Origin: Gammaproteobacteria bacterium
Lineage (GTDB): Bacteria; Pseudomonadota; Gammaproteobacteria; JAJFKG01
DNA length: 64,000 nucleotides
Direction: 5' to 3'
NCBI GenBank assembly: GCA_965116795.1
Contig: OZ220716.1
Coordinates: 2,090,503-2,154,502 of the forward strand
The position numbers and the translations under genes are program-made. The notes under the pieces were generated by a model. That model did not search any database and was not told the origin of the DNA. It was given only the letters and a program-made list of their open reading frames with translations. Shown piece after piece: positions 28,652 through 39,325 of this stretch (position 1 is the stretch's first letter; each line of letters starts with the position of its first letter).

Positions 28652-28870
28652 TCAATGGTTCAGGCTAAGACGTTTCGCCATGTCTTCAAATGAAATTCGT
28701 GGATTCTTTTCTTTTAATTGGGATACTGCTAACAAGCTATCTTCATAATTCATTAAGAATTCTTCAATCGCTTTGCACACATAATAACTTTTAGAACGCC
28801 CTGTCTCAGTACACAAATTTTCAAGCTGCCGAGCAATATCACCAGGAATGCGGATATTGAGAGTAGCCAT
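28652..28870 (-). CDS. Ribbon-helix-helix antitoxin (RelB/CopG-like)
   Basis: Probable start MATLNIRIP at 28870. L..L...TGRSKSYYV..AI motif. Confidence 0.75.
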   Translation of the reverse strand: MATLNIRIPGDIARQLENLCTETGRSKSYYVCKAIEEFLMNYEDSLLAVSQLKEKNPRISFEDMAKRLSLNH

Positions 28871-29021
28871 AATATCTACCTTCTCTATAAAATAACAGCT
28901 AGACGGGATTGATTCGCTCTGTCGCTGCGCGCTCCATAGGGCATTACAAAAGTAACGCAACTACCCCCTACGACTGTCCTGGACTTGATCCAGGAACGGA
29001 CTCAAGAAAACGAGCGTAGGA

Positions 29022-29098
29022 TGGCGGAGTGGACGGGACTCGAACCCGCGACCCCCGGCGTGACAGGCCGGTATTCTAACCAACTGAACTACCACTCC
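29022..29098 (-). tRNA. tRNA-Asp(GTC)
   Basis: GGAGTGGTAGTTCAGTTGGTTAGAATACCGGCCTGTCACG...GGTTCGAGTCC...CCA. Confidence 0.97.
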
Positions 29099-29106
29099 AC
29101 GTATTT

Positions 29107-29182
29107 TGGTGGGTGCTGAGGGGCTCGAACCCCCGACATTCGCCGTGTAAAGGCGACGCTCTCCCAACTGAGCTAAGCACCC
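29107..29182 (-). tRNA. tRNA-Val(TAC)
   Basis: GGGTGCTTAGCTCAGTTGGGAGAGCGTCGCCTTTACACGG...TTCGAG...CCA. Confidence 0.97.
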
Positions 29183-29263
29183 ATAATATTTTGCTACCGA
29201 TATCTGATAATAAGATAAGCAGTGTATGGGATCGATTGAAGACTATTCTTAATAAACAGCTAA

Positions 29264-29542
29264 TTAGCTGTCATTAATAGCGTCTTTTAAACCTTTACCT
29301 GCCTTAAAGCGTGGCCGCTTCTTGGTAGGCACCGTAATCGCTTCACCAGTGCGCGGATTGCGACCTGTGTGAGCGGCTACTTCGCTAACCAAAAACGTTC
29401 CAAAACCAGTAATAGCAACTTGTTCTCCACTACAAAGGGCTTCTGTAATTGAGCTAATAATGCCATCAACTGCCTGAGTTGCTGCTGTTTTAGATAAATC
29501 TGCTGCATTAGCAACCGTTTCGACTAAATCTGCTTTGTTCAT
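29264..29542 (-). CDS. hupB: DNA-binding protein HU
   Basis: MNKADLV...GFGTF...GRNPRTGE...FKAGKGLKDA, downstream of lon. Confidence 0.92.
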   Translation of the reverse strand: MNKADLVETVANAADLSKTAATQAVDGIISSITEALCSGEQVAITGFGTFLVSEVAAHTGRNPRTGEAITVPTKKRPRFKAGKGLKDAINDS

Positions 29543-29692
29543 TCCATCCCCTTAACCCTGGTTAAACTTACTGCCCACCTTAGATGAGCCTTTACGAAAA
29601 CGAGTAGCAAGGCTGAACTTTATACCGACGCCCTACTGCATTGTCAAGCACATTAATCTCTAATATTTTGCTGATAAATGCTTATTTTTTGT

Positions 29693-29863
29693 AACTACTC
29701 AGCCGATCGTTACTTTACCAAAAAACGTCAGCTTTGAGTGGAGGTTGCCAGAAAATGTAATCAAAAAAGCGCAGTGTATTAGACATACATGAGCACTTTT
29801 TGGTTACATTTTCTGGCAAGATCCGCCAAAGATGGCGTTTTCCTTAATAGGGCCTGAGCATTT
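29693..29863. repeat. About 170-bp imperfect palindromic element (MITE/RPE-like)
   Basis: Nested arms: AACTACTCAG/CTGAGCATTT, AAAACGTCAGCTTTG/CAAAGATGGCGTTTT, TTGCCAGAAAATGTAATCAAAAA/TTTTTGGTTACATTTTCTGGCAA. Confidence 0.8.
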
Positions 29864-29906
29864 ACATTTTTTTACAAAATTAGCAACTATATATTCAGAT
29901 TATTTT

Positions 29907-32362
29907 TTAATGCGTAGTTGGCTTTCTCGGAGACTTGCGCGTCTTCGTACTACGTCGTTTCACTGGGGCATTATCCACCGCGTTGTCTTCATCACACGGT
30001 TGTGGCATTGCAACCAATGCATGAGTGAGCACTTCATCAATCCAACGCACTGGATGAATAATTAAATCATCGGTAATCACTGTTGGAATTTCTTTTAAAT
30101 CACGACGATTTTCTGCTGGGATAATCACATGCTTAACCCCACTACGCGCTGCAGCTAACAATTTTTCTTTTAAGCCACCAATCGGTAATACTTCACCACG
30201 CAAGGTAATTTCACCCGTCATTGCCACATCAGAACGCACTGAAATACTCGTTAATACCGACACCATTGCGGTGCACATCCCAATCCCAGCACTCGGCCCA
30301 TCTTTTGGCGTTGCCCCTTCTGGCACATGGATATGGATATCATGTTTTTCATAATATTCCTGGGTAATTCCCAATGATTGCGCGCGCGAATGGACAACCG
30401 TACTCGCCGCTTGAATCGACTCTTGCATCACATCACCCAATTGCCCAGTACAGGTAATCTTACCTTTACCCGGTACTCTTGCCGCTTCAATTGTTAACAA
30501 CTCACCACCAACTTCGGTCCACGCCAAGCCATTGACTTGACCGATTTGATTATCTTTATCAGCTAAGTCAAATCGAAAACGTTTCACCCCTAAATATTTT
30601 TCTAAATTACGTGGCGTAATACTGCGTGTCTTTAATTTGCGATTTAGCAATAATTCTTTCACCACTTTGCGGCATACCTTAGATAGTTCGCGCTCCAAAT
30701 TGCGCACGCCAGCTTCTCTGGTGTAATACTGAATGATCTCGCGCAATGCAGCTTGGTTAATACTGAGTTCATCTTTCTTTAACCCATGATGCTCAATTTG
30801 TTTTGGCAACAAATGTTCTTGTGCAATGTGCATTTTTTCAATTTCGGTATAGCCTGGAATACGAATTACTTCCATTCTATCTAATAGTGGGCCTGGAATA
30901 TCCATCGAATTGGCAGTACACACAAACATGATATTAGATAAGTCATAATCCACTTCAAGGTAATGATCATTGAAGGTATGATTCTGTTCTGGATCGAGCA
31001 CTTCTAACAACGCAGATGCTGGATCACCACGATAATCCATCGCCATTTTATCTACTTCATCTAATAAAAATAATGGGTTCTTAACCCCTACTTTGGTTAG
31101 CTTTTGTAACACTTTACCCGGCAATGCACCGATATAGGTACGTCGATGTCCGCGGATTTCTGCTTCATCACGTACTCCACCTAATGACATGCGTGCAAAC
31201 TCACGACCGGTAGCGCGTGCAATTGATTGCCCCAATGACGTTTTACCCACACCCGGTGGACCAACTAAACATAATACCGGGCCTTTTAATTTTTTAACCC
31301 GTTGTTGCACGGCTAAGTACTCAATAATACGCTCTTTGACTTTTTCCAAACCATAATGATCTTCATTGAGAATCACTTCAGCACTAGCTAAATCATGTTT
31401 CACTTTACTTTTCTTGCGCCATGGTAATCCAACTAATACATCTAAATAATTACGTGAAACCGCTGCCTCTGCTGACATCGGTGACATTAATTTTAATTTA
31501 TTTAATTCTTCTAACGCCTTTTCTTTGGCTTCTTTAGACATACCTACTTTTTCAATGCGCTCTTGTAAGCGCTCTACTTCATTAGGGGCATTCTCAGCAT
31601 CACCCAACTCTTTTGGATCGCTTTTATTTGTTCATTGAGATAATATTCGCGCTGGCTTTTCTCCATTTGATGCTTAACCCGGCTGCGGATCTTTTTCTCC
31701 ACTTGCAGTATGTCAATTTCTGCATCCATTAATCCCATAACAATTTCAAAACGCTTTTTAGGATCGGCCGTTGCTAAAATCTCTTGTTTTGCTTCTAACT
31801 TAACGGATAAGTGTGCTGCAATGGTATCTGCCAAACGGCCTGGTTCTTCAATACCAGCTAACGAAGTTAGAATTTCAGGCGGGACTTTTTTATTAAGCTT
31901 CACATACTGTTCAAACTGAGCCAACACTGAACGCAGCATGACATCCGCTTCATTACCTGAAAAATCAGGCTCAATCATTTCTTCAATACGCGCCGCCAAA
32001 TAATCTGTTTGTTGCTGATACTCAATTACCTTGGCACGTCTAACCCCTTCAACTAATACTTTAACTGTGCCATCTGGTAATTTTAACAATTGTAATACCG
32101 TCGCAATACAACCAACAATATAAATGTCATCGACCTCTGGTTCGTCATTGCTAGCATCACATTGAGCAACTAGAAAAATTTCTTTATTGGCAGCCATTGC
32201 CACATCAAGTGCAACAATTGATTTATCACGACCGACAAACAATGGGATTACCATGTGTGGATAGACAACAACATCACGTAATGGCAATACTGAGTAGACA
32301 GCTGGATCGTGTTGATCAGTCGTATCATCCGTTAATGTTATTGTATTGTCGTCGTTATCCAT
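29907..32362 (-). CDS. lon: Lon protease, split by a 1-nt frameshift near 31611-31614 (sequencing error or pseudogene)
   Basis: N-domain [10 protein letters not shown]...[18 protein letters not shown]+ GPPGVGKTS and protease PKDGPSAG lie in the other frame. One extra A restores IQKELGD. Confidence 0.93.
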
Positions 32363-32413
32363 ACAATCTCCTTTCTGCCTACTAAAGCAGATAATTCATA
32401 TAATCTTAACGTG

Positions 32414-33688
32414 TTAATTACCCAATTTCGCATTTTGTTGCTTATTTTCATAAATTAACATAGGTTCAGTTTCTTCAGCAATCACAGCTTCATCAATAAC
32501 AACTTTGCTCACTCCTTCCAATGACGGCAATTCATACATGGTATCTAACAATACTTTTTCAAGGATAGAACGCAACCCACGCGCACCGGTTTTACGCTCC
32601 ATTGCCTTGGTAGCAATCGCACGCAATGCATTATTACGAAATTCTAATTCAACGTTTTCCATATCAAATAATCGAGCATATTGTTTAGTTAATGCATTCT
32701 TAGGTTCTGTTAAAATCATAATTAACGTATCCAGATCTAACTCGTGCAAGGTTGCCAGCACTGGCAAGCGTCCAACAAACTCTGGGATCAATCCATATTT
32801 TACTAAATCATCTGGCTCGACTGCACGCAATATTTTATCTATGCCTTTACGATCATCTTTGCTCAATACTTCTGCACCAAAACCAATACCACTGTGTTCA
32901 GAACGCTCACGAATGATCTTGTCTAAACCAGCAAATGCACCACCACAGATAAATAAGATTTTTGACGTATCCACTTGCAAAAATTCTTGTTGTGGATGTT
33001 TACGCCCACCTTGTGGCGGCACCGATGCAATCGTTCCTTCAATTAATTTCAATAAGGCTTGTTGCACCCCTTCACCAGAAACATCGCGAGTAATCGATGG
33101 GTTATCCGATTTGCGTGAAATTTTGTCAATTTCATCGATATACACAATCCCTGTTTGTGCCTTTTCAACATCGTAATCACACTTTTGCAGTAATTTTTGA
33201 ATGATGTTTTCCACATCTTCACCAACATAACCTGCTTCAGTTAATGTAGTAGCATCCGCAATGGTGAACGGCACGTTTAACATCCGTGCTAAAGTTTCAG
33301 CTAATAACGTTTTACCGCTACCGGTTGGTCCAATTAATAAAATATTACTTTTACTTAATTCAATATCTTGCCCTTTTTTATCGGTCATTAACCGTTTATA
33401 GTGATTATATACCGCTACTGACAACACCTTTTTCGCATTTTGTTGGCCAATGACATATTGATCAAGCGAAGCATGGATTTCACGCGGTGATGGCAATGCA
33501 AAACCATCCTCTTTGGGTACTGTATCTTGGATTTCTTCACGAATAATATCGTTACACAATTCAACGCATTCATCACACACATAAACAGATGGACCTGCAA
33601 TTAATTTGCGTACTTCATGTTGGCTTTTACCACAAAACGAGCAATGTAATACTTTGTCACCGCTATCATTATATTGATCACTGGGCAT
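32414..33688 (-). CDS. clpX: ATP-dependent Clp protease ATP-binding subunit
   Basis: CSFCGK zinc finger, [22 protein letters not shown]. Confidence 0.98.
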   Translation of the reverse strand: MPSDQYNDSGDKVLHCSFCGKSQHEVRKLIAGPSVYVCDECVELCNDIIREEIQDTVPKEDGFALPSPREIHASLDQYVIGQQNAKKVLSVAVYNHYKRLMTDKKGQDIELSKSNILLIGPTGSGKTLLAETLARMLNVPFTIADATTLTEAGYVGEDVENIIQKLLQKCDYDVEKAQTGIVYIDEIDKISRKSDNPSITRDVSGEGVQQALLKLIEGTIASVPPQGGRKHPQQEFLQVDTSKILFICGGAFAGLDKIIRERSEHSGIGFGAEVLSKDDRKGIDKILRAVEPDDLVKYGLIPEFVGRLPVLATLHELDLDTLIMILTEPKNALTKQYARLFDMENVELEFRNNALRAIATKAMERKTGARGLRSILEKVLLDTMYELPSLEGVSKVVIDEAVIAEETEPMLIYENKQQNAKLGN

Positions 33689-33760
33689 GTGTTACCTCAT
33701 TATTTATGTTGCTGTCATCACTGATTTGTTGCATGTTGTTCAAACTGATATGACGTCAAT

Positions 33761-34405
33761 TTACACTACAGCCACATCAACTTGTCGTTGTGCATGTACG
33801 CCATCAATCAAACCATAGTCCATGGCTTGTTTAGCACCCATGAAGTTATCACGATCAGTATCTTCCTGGATTTGCATAACATCACGATGAGTATGTTTGG
33901 CTAAAATAGCATTCATCTGCTGGCGTAACACCAGCGTTTCTTTAGCATGAATTTCAATGTCGGTTGCTTGACCTTGATAGCCACCATGAGGTTGGTGGAT
34001 CATCATCCGCGCATTCGGCAAACTATAACGTTTACCTTTAGCACCGCCGGCGAGTAACACTGCCGCTGCACTAGCTGCTTGCCCAATACACAAGGTATGT
34101 ACATCGGGCTTAATGAATTGCATCGTATCGTAAATGGCTAATCCAGCCGTTAAGACCCCACCGGGCGAATTAATATAAATGTGGATGCCTTTATCTGGAT
34201 TTTCTGCTTCTAAAAATAACAATTGCGCTACGATTAAATTCGCCATGTTATCTTCAATCTGACCAACGACGAAGATAACCCGCTCCTTTAACAAACGCGA
34301 ATAAATATCATAAGAGCGTTCGCCTCGTGAAGTTTGTTCAATGACCATTGGCACTAAGCCGGTATTGGTCACGATCCCGCATTGTGTTCCATCATACTGA
34401 TTCAT
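33761..34405 (-). CDS. clpP: Clp protease proteolytic subunit
   Basis: [35 protein letters not shown]. Confidence 0.98.
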   Translation of the reverse strand: MNQYDGTQCGIVTNTGLVPMVIEQTSRGERSYDIYSRLLKERVIFVVGQIEDNMANLIVAQLLFLEAENPDKGIHIYINSPGGVLTAGLAIYDTMQFIKPDVHTLCIGQAASAAAVLLAGGAKGKRYSLPNARMMIHQPHGGYQGQATDIEIHAKETLVLRQQMNAILAKHTHRDVMQIQEDTDRDNFMGAKQAMDYGLIDGVHAQRQVDVAVV

Positions 34406-35754
34406 TAAGTCGATCCTTCTTTAGGGTTAACAATATCATTATAACTTACTGTTTTTTGCTCTATTTTAGCTTTTCCTAATACTAAATCAACCAGCGTTTC
34501 TTCTAACACCACCGGTTTTAACTGCGCTAGTCGATCTGCATTGTTCATATATGAGTCAATCATGGCCTGTGGTTCATCAAATGACTCAGCTTGTGTGGTG
34601 ATATAGTCACGGATTTGTGCTTGATCGACATCCACTTCAAACTGTTCAATGAGCTTCGATAAAATTAAACCCAATTTGACTTGTTTAGTTGATTCTTCCC
34701 GGAACAATTCGCGATCCATGTCTGGCAAATTAGCCGTTTGCGCATATTGCTTAAATTGCTGATTAAAATCGTCGATTCGTCTGTCAATATCTTGCTCAAT
34801 TAAGCCCGTTGGAATGGCAAAGTCATGCACTGCTAATAATTGTTCAAACACCGTTTCTTTAAATTGTTTACGCAAACGATGGGTTAATTCACGCTGCATG
34901 CCCTTTTTGATGTGTTGTTTCAGTTCATCAGTATCTTTCACAGAAAAATTAGCCAAAAAGTCTGCATCGTCTATTGCAGGCAACTGCTGTATAGCCACAC
35001 TGTGTACCGTAACCGCAAACGAAACCGCCTTCCCTGCCAAGTCTTTGGCTTGATATTCTTCTGGGAAAGTCACATCAACCATCTTCTCATCACCAGCACT
35101 CACACCGATTAATTGACTTTCAAAACCCGGTATAAACGACTGACTACCTAGAACAAGTTTATGTTGTTTAGCACTACCACCTTCAAACAAGGCTCCCTCA
35201 ATTGAACCAACAAAATCAATCGTGACTTGATCGGCTTCTTCAGCACTACCGTCTTTGGTTTGCCAAGTAGCATGCTGTTGACGTAATTGCTCAATCATAT
35301 TATCAACATCAGCATCAGTAATTTCAGCAGTTAATTGAGTAATCGATAATGTTGCAAAATCATGCAACTCAACTTCCGGATACACATCAAATAACACACT
35401 GTAATTTAATGCCTGACCTTGTTTAGCATCAATGGATTCGATTGTCGGGTAACCAGCTGGTTGTAATGCTTGTTGTTGAATGGCTTCTGTTAGCGTTTTA
35501 CGTACCGTGTTATTCACCACATCCGCATACACCGCATCATTGTACTGGCGTTTAATCACTGATAGCGGTACTTTGCCTTTGCGAAAACCGTTTATTTTGG
35601 CAGTTTTTGTCAGTTGATTTAAGCGACTAGCCACATCATCGGTGATGACAGTCTCAGTAACAGTGACATGCATCCGTCGTTGCAAGCCTTCCATTGATTC
35701 AACAGACACGTGGATTGGGTTGTTATTCTCATTAGTGATCATTGCATACTCCAT
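34405..35754 (-). CDS. tig: Trigger factor
   Basis: GFRKGKVP ribosome-binding loop, FKBP domain (FIPGFE...FPEEY). Confidence 0.96.
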   Translation of the reverse strand: MEYAMITNENNNPIHVSVESMEGLQRRMHVTVTETVITDDVASRLNQLTKTAKINGFRKGKVPLSVIKRQYNDAVYADVVNNTVRKTLTEAIQQQALQPAGYPTIESIDAKQGQALNYSVLFDVYPEVELHDFATLSITQLTAEITDADVDNMIEQLRQQHATWQTKDGSAEEADQVTIDFVGSIEGALFEGGSAKQHKLVLGSQSFIPGFESQLIGVSAGDEKMVDVTFPEEYQAKDLAGKAVSFAVTVHSVAIQQLPAIDDADFLANFSVKDTDELKQHIKKGMQRELTHRLRKQFKETVFEQLLAVHDFAIPTGLIEQDIDRRIDDFNQQFKQYAQTANLPDMDRELFREESTKQVKLGLILSKLIEQFEVDVDQAQIRDYITTQAESFDEPQAMIDSYMNNADRLAQLKPVVLEETLVDLVLGKAKIEQKTVSYNDIVNPKEGST

Positions 35755-35953
35755 AATATAATGTGGTTGTTAACCGTGCCTCAGCATGTTTATATACGAT
35801 TCAATAGGTACTCTACATGCTAACGAATTGCCATAATTTCAAGTGCGGCATTAGTCTTTTATTTGACCATTTGCTTACATGATATTAAATTGGTGATGCT
35901 TTAATCTAACACATTATTCTCAATTAATATTCATTCAGCCCGGGTGGTTATTC

Positions 35954-36039
<86 letters not shown>

Positions 36040-36131
36040 AGCGCTGACCATTATACCCAGGCGTGGATGGCCTGGATAGTCCCAGCTTCGCTTGCAGCTA
36101 CGCCGAGGCAGGCCTATTTTTCTATAAAAGT

Positions 36132-36180
36132 AACTACTCAGTCAAAGATGGCGTTTTCCTTAATCGTGCCCTGAGCAGTT
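36132..36180. repeat. Internally deleted copy of the 29693 palindromic element
   Basis: AACTACTCAG fused to CAAAGATGGCGTTTTCCTTAAT...CTGAGCAGTT. Confidence 0.75.
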
Positions 36181-36185
36181 TAAAA

Positions 36186-37576
36186 GGGTGCTGCTACTGA
36201 ATGATGTGAAGTATTTAGTAATCTGATAAACTTTGGATTTTCTCAATGAGCAAGGAGCAGTATCAATGAAGACAGAAGTTATATCCCAATCAGATAAGCA
36301 ACTCACTCTCCAAGTAAGCATTAGTCTATCAGGGTCAATGTTAGAAATGGAGGGAGAGATATTAAGTGCAACTAATTCTGCAGGTCTATGTGCGACACAA
36401 TATGCCCTTAAAAAATTCGATACTGGAGGTGCTCCGATTGTAGTAAATAATGTTAAATTAACGTCCCGTGGCACCCAAAATAAAACATACCAAAGTCCGT
36501 ATGGAAAAGTGGCTATTGAAAGACATATTTATCAAAGCGCAAAGGGTGGGAAAACATTTTGCCCTCTTGAGTTAGAAGCACGCATAATAAATGGTGCCAC
36601 TCTGCGGTTTGCCAAGATGTTATCAAGCAAATATGGGAAGATGTGTGCACCTGAAGTTATTGATGATTTGGAAGAAAATCATGGTCTTCACGTGACATTA
36701 AGATATTTACAACATGTATCTGAGGTAGTTGCGACGATTGCACAAGCAACGGAAGAAAGTTGGGAATACAGTACGCCAGCACTGACAGAGCCTGTTTCAA
36801 CAATCGGAATTAGTTTAGACGGCGCATATGTATTAATGCATGATACAGGTTACCGCGAAGCGATGGTCGGCTCCATATCGCTATTTGATAAAAATGGCGA
36901 CCGTCAACATAGCACGTATATTGGTGCGGCACCTGAGTATGGAAAAGCTAAATTCCAATCACGTTTGGAGAAAGAAATAGAGCAAGTCAAAAAAATCTAT
37001 CCTGATGCGAAGTATGTTGGCATAGCTGACGGAGCCAAAAGTAATTGGTCGTTTCTCAATGAACATACTGATAAGCAAATAATAGACTTTTATCATGTCA
37101 CTGAATATTTATCGAAGGTTTCTGAGGCTGCTTATCCTGGAAAAGAAGAGAAGGCAAGCCGCAAAGCTTGGCTGAAAGAAAAGTGCCATCAACTCAAGCA
37201 TGATATAGGATCGGCATTGACTATTTTAGATGAAATTAAACTGTTTAATGACAAGAAAAAATTACGTTGTGAAGTTCGAGAAAATTTGCAAGCTACAATT
37301 ACCTATTTTGAAAATAACCATCATATGATGAAATATAGTGAGCATGTTGATGCTCACTTACCTATTGGCTCCGGAGTCACTGAGGCAGCATGTAAAACAC
37401 TTATAAAGCAAAGATTCTGTCGCTCTGGTATGCGCTGGAAAGATAAGGGAATGAAAGTCGTATTAAGTTTAAGGCAATTAATTAGATCGGGGTCTCGTTG
37501 GAATCAATTTTGGGATAAGATTAATTATTATGGAGTTTCTGTGGCCGCATAATTACATCGTTAGGCAGCAGCACCC
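36186..37576 (+). mobile_element. ISKra4-family insertion sequence
   Basis: IRs GGGTGCTGCT / GGCAGCAGCACCC. 8-bp target duplication GTTTAAAA at 36178-36185 and 37577-37584. Confidence 0.9.
36266..37552 (+). CDS. ISKra4-family transposase
   Basis: AGGAG RBS before ATG 36266. SLDGA, IADGAKSNW, DFYHVTEYL, PIGSGVTEAACK. Confidence 0.9.
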   Translation: MKTEVISQSDKQLTLQVSISLSGSMLEMEGEILSATNSAGLCATQYALKKFDTGGAPIVVNNVKLTSRGTQNKTYQSPYGKVAIERHIYQSAKGGKTFCPLELEARIINGATLRFAKMLSSKYGKMCAPEVIDDLEENHGLHVTLRYLQHVSEVVATIAQATEESWEYSTPALTEPVSTIGISLDGAYVLMHDTGYREAMVGSISLFDKNGDRQHSTYIGAAPEYGKAKFQSRLEKEIEQVKKIYPDAKYVGIADGAKSNWSFLNEHTDKQIIDFYHVTEYLSKVSEAAYPGKEEKASRKAWLKEKCHQLKHDIGSALTILDEIKLFNDKKKLRCEVRENLQATITYFENNHHMMKYSEHVDAHLPIGSGVTEAACKTLIKQRFCRSGMRWKDKGMKVVLSLRQLIRSGSRWNQFWDKINYYGVSVAA

Positions 37577-37667
37577 GTTTAAAACAACAATACAACGGTT
37601 GCGCTCAGTAGCCCAGCAACATACAATCTGGCCACTACAATGACCACAATCTATTTATGGGCGCAAC

Positions 37668-38393
37668 ATGGAGTTCACTGCAACACTACAGGCAAATTTG
37701 CACAACGTTTACCATGAACGTGATCCAACACAGCTCGCATCACTGATCAACGACAACGTGCAAGTAGAAACACCGCTTTGCAGTGCACGAGGTGCACAAC
37801 CGCTGATGGCATCACTGCAAACTATCTTCAATCATCTTCCAACATTCACTCATCACTGGCGTGATGTTGTCATTCGGCAACAATCATTAAGTTTTCTTGG
37901 AGAATTCAGAATTGCTCAGGCAACTGGCAGTGATGCTAGACATGACACATCGACACTTATTAACAATATGATCGTATTTCTATTTAGTCCAGATGTGTCT
38001 TGTCAGGATAATATCACTCATGTGTTTTTGTGCACGTACGTTGATCCACAACATACAGCCACACAAAATAGCAACCACAATAATAAACACACTATCATTA
38101 TGCATTTAGTAACCTATTTAAGCCAGCTTATTACACCGACACAACACTATAAACCATTAACATCGCGTGAAATCCAGTGTTTGTCACTGTATTTACATTG
38201 CAAAACATTTAAAGGGATCGGCAATATTTTAAATATTTCAGCAAGAACCGCGGAAACACATATTAATAATGTGATGAAAAAGCTAAATTGCCATGCTAAA
38301 AACAATTTATTCGATCTGATGAATGACAACTACCAATGCATTCCGTCATTATTCGAATTACACAATACATTATTAGCACATCATAAATCGTAA
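37668..38393 (+). CDS. LuxR-type HTH regulator with SnoaL/NTF2-like N-terminal domain
   Basis: C-terminal LTSREIQCL...IGNILNISARTAETHINNVMKKL. N-domain assignment is tentative. Confidence 0.7.
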   Translation: MEFTATLQANLHNVYHERDPTQLASLINDNVQVETPLCSARGAQPLMASLQTIFNHLPTFTHHWRDVVIRQQSLSFLGEFRIAQATGSDARHDTSTLINNMIVFLFSPDVSCQDNITHVFLCTYVDPQHTATQNSNHNNKHTIIMHLVTYLSQLITPTQHYKPLTSREIQCLSLYLHCKTFKGIGNILNISARTAETHINNVMKKLNCHAKNNLFDLMNDNYQCIPSLFELHNTLLAHHKS

Positions 38394-38397
38394 TTAG

Positions 38398-38598
38398 CTA
38401 GTCACTACCATCGTCGGCGACAACATCAGCTTGCTCTTGCTTCTTCTTAAAGATTTCTTCACGGTCAACGTTTACATCTTCTGGGGCTTCAATCCCAATG
38501 CGCACTTGTTTACCTTTTGTGGCTAAAAACGTAATGCGGATCTTACCATCTTTACCAATAACCACTGCTTCTCCGCAACGACGTGTCAACACTAGCAT
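38398..38598 (-). CDS. csrA: Carbon storage regulator CsrA family (probable paralog)
   Basis: MLVLTRRCGE...QVRIGIEAPEDVNVDREEI. Confidence 0.9.
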   Translation of the reverse strand: MLVLTRRCGEAVVIGKDGKIRITFLATKGKQVRIGIEAPEDVNVDREEIFKKKQEQADVVADDGSD

Positions 38599-38859
38599 AA
38601 TCCTTCTCCTTTGCTTGAGGCGTGCATAAATGAGCTTCCTTGTGATTTCAATAGAGGAAAGTCACCTTGAAACAAATAATTGCATCTTGTATAGCAAGTA
38701 TTTTATTATTCTTATGAAAGCCATATTTGTAATAATTGAACAATCGTAAACAGCAAGCACTTTCTACTGTTTACAAGGTGCGATTCTATGGTGAGTTTAT
38801 ACCAATATCAAGGAAAACAATTGCTATCGTTAATTATGTAATAGAGGCCATGCTAACCT

Positions 38860-39070
38860 TGCCATAGTCGCTAGCAAAGAAGCATTCACGTAGGCGCAGA
38901 TTACCAGCAAATATAGCGTATATACAGTCCAATTACACACCTGGAAAAAGCGATTATTAGAGGCGATTATACCTAGATTTAGCAAAAAGCCTGAGCGTGA
39001 TAAAACTGAGCAAGAGAATTTATTGGCAAATCTGTATGGATAAAGAGATATCACCTCGAATGGTTTTTAA
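38860..39070 (+). pseudogene. Decayed IS3-family OrfA fragment
   Basis: Plus strand reads ASKEAFT*AQITSKYSVYTVQLHTWKKRLLE...LLANLYG*, with in-frame stops. Confidence 0.55.
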
Positions 39071-39325
39071 GCCAATTATTAGCCTTATTTCTGCGTCAAA
39101 AATGTTGCTATTGCCAAGGAAACCGTATTAAACTTGCTCCAGACTAACTAATATACAGCTTGAAATGATCGATGAGGCGTGTTGGATAGGATTGGGTTTA
39201 AGATTGCTCGAGTTCTATTCTAGTTGTTGAATTTTATACAGGAGTTCCGAAAGGAGCTCGCCTGTCTATGAGGATACTACATAACGATAACGCTTAGGTA
39301 ATTGTAGGGCTTTGGAGGAATTAGT

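Noticed and set aside
28976-28996. Short REP-like palindrome TCCTGGACTTGATCCAGGA after tRNA-Asp
   Set aside because: Single short copy in the window. Probably a repeat remnant or terminator, with too little evidence for a call.
28961-29167. 68-aa ORF (likewise 35944..36174 and 48478..48672)
   Set aside because: These overlap tRNA genes and are spurious translations.
32505-33176. Long antisense ORFs (223 aa opposite clpX, 205 aa opposite ihfA/pheT, and similar)
   Set aside because: Shadow frames of conserved genes with no RBS or family motifs.
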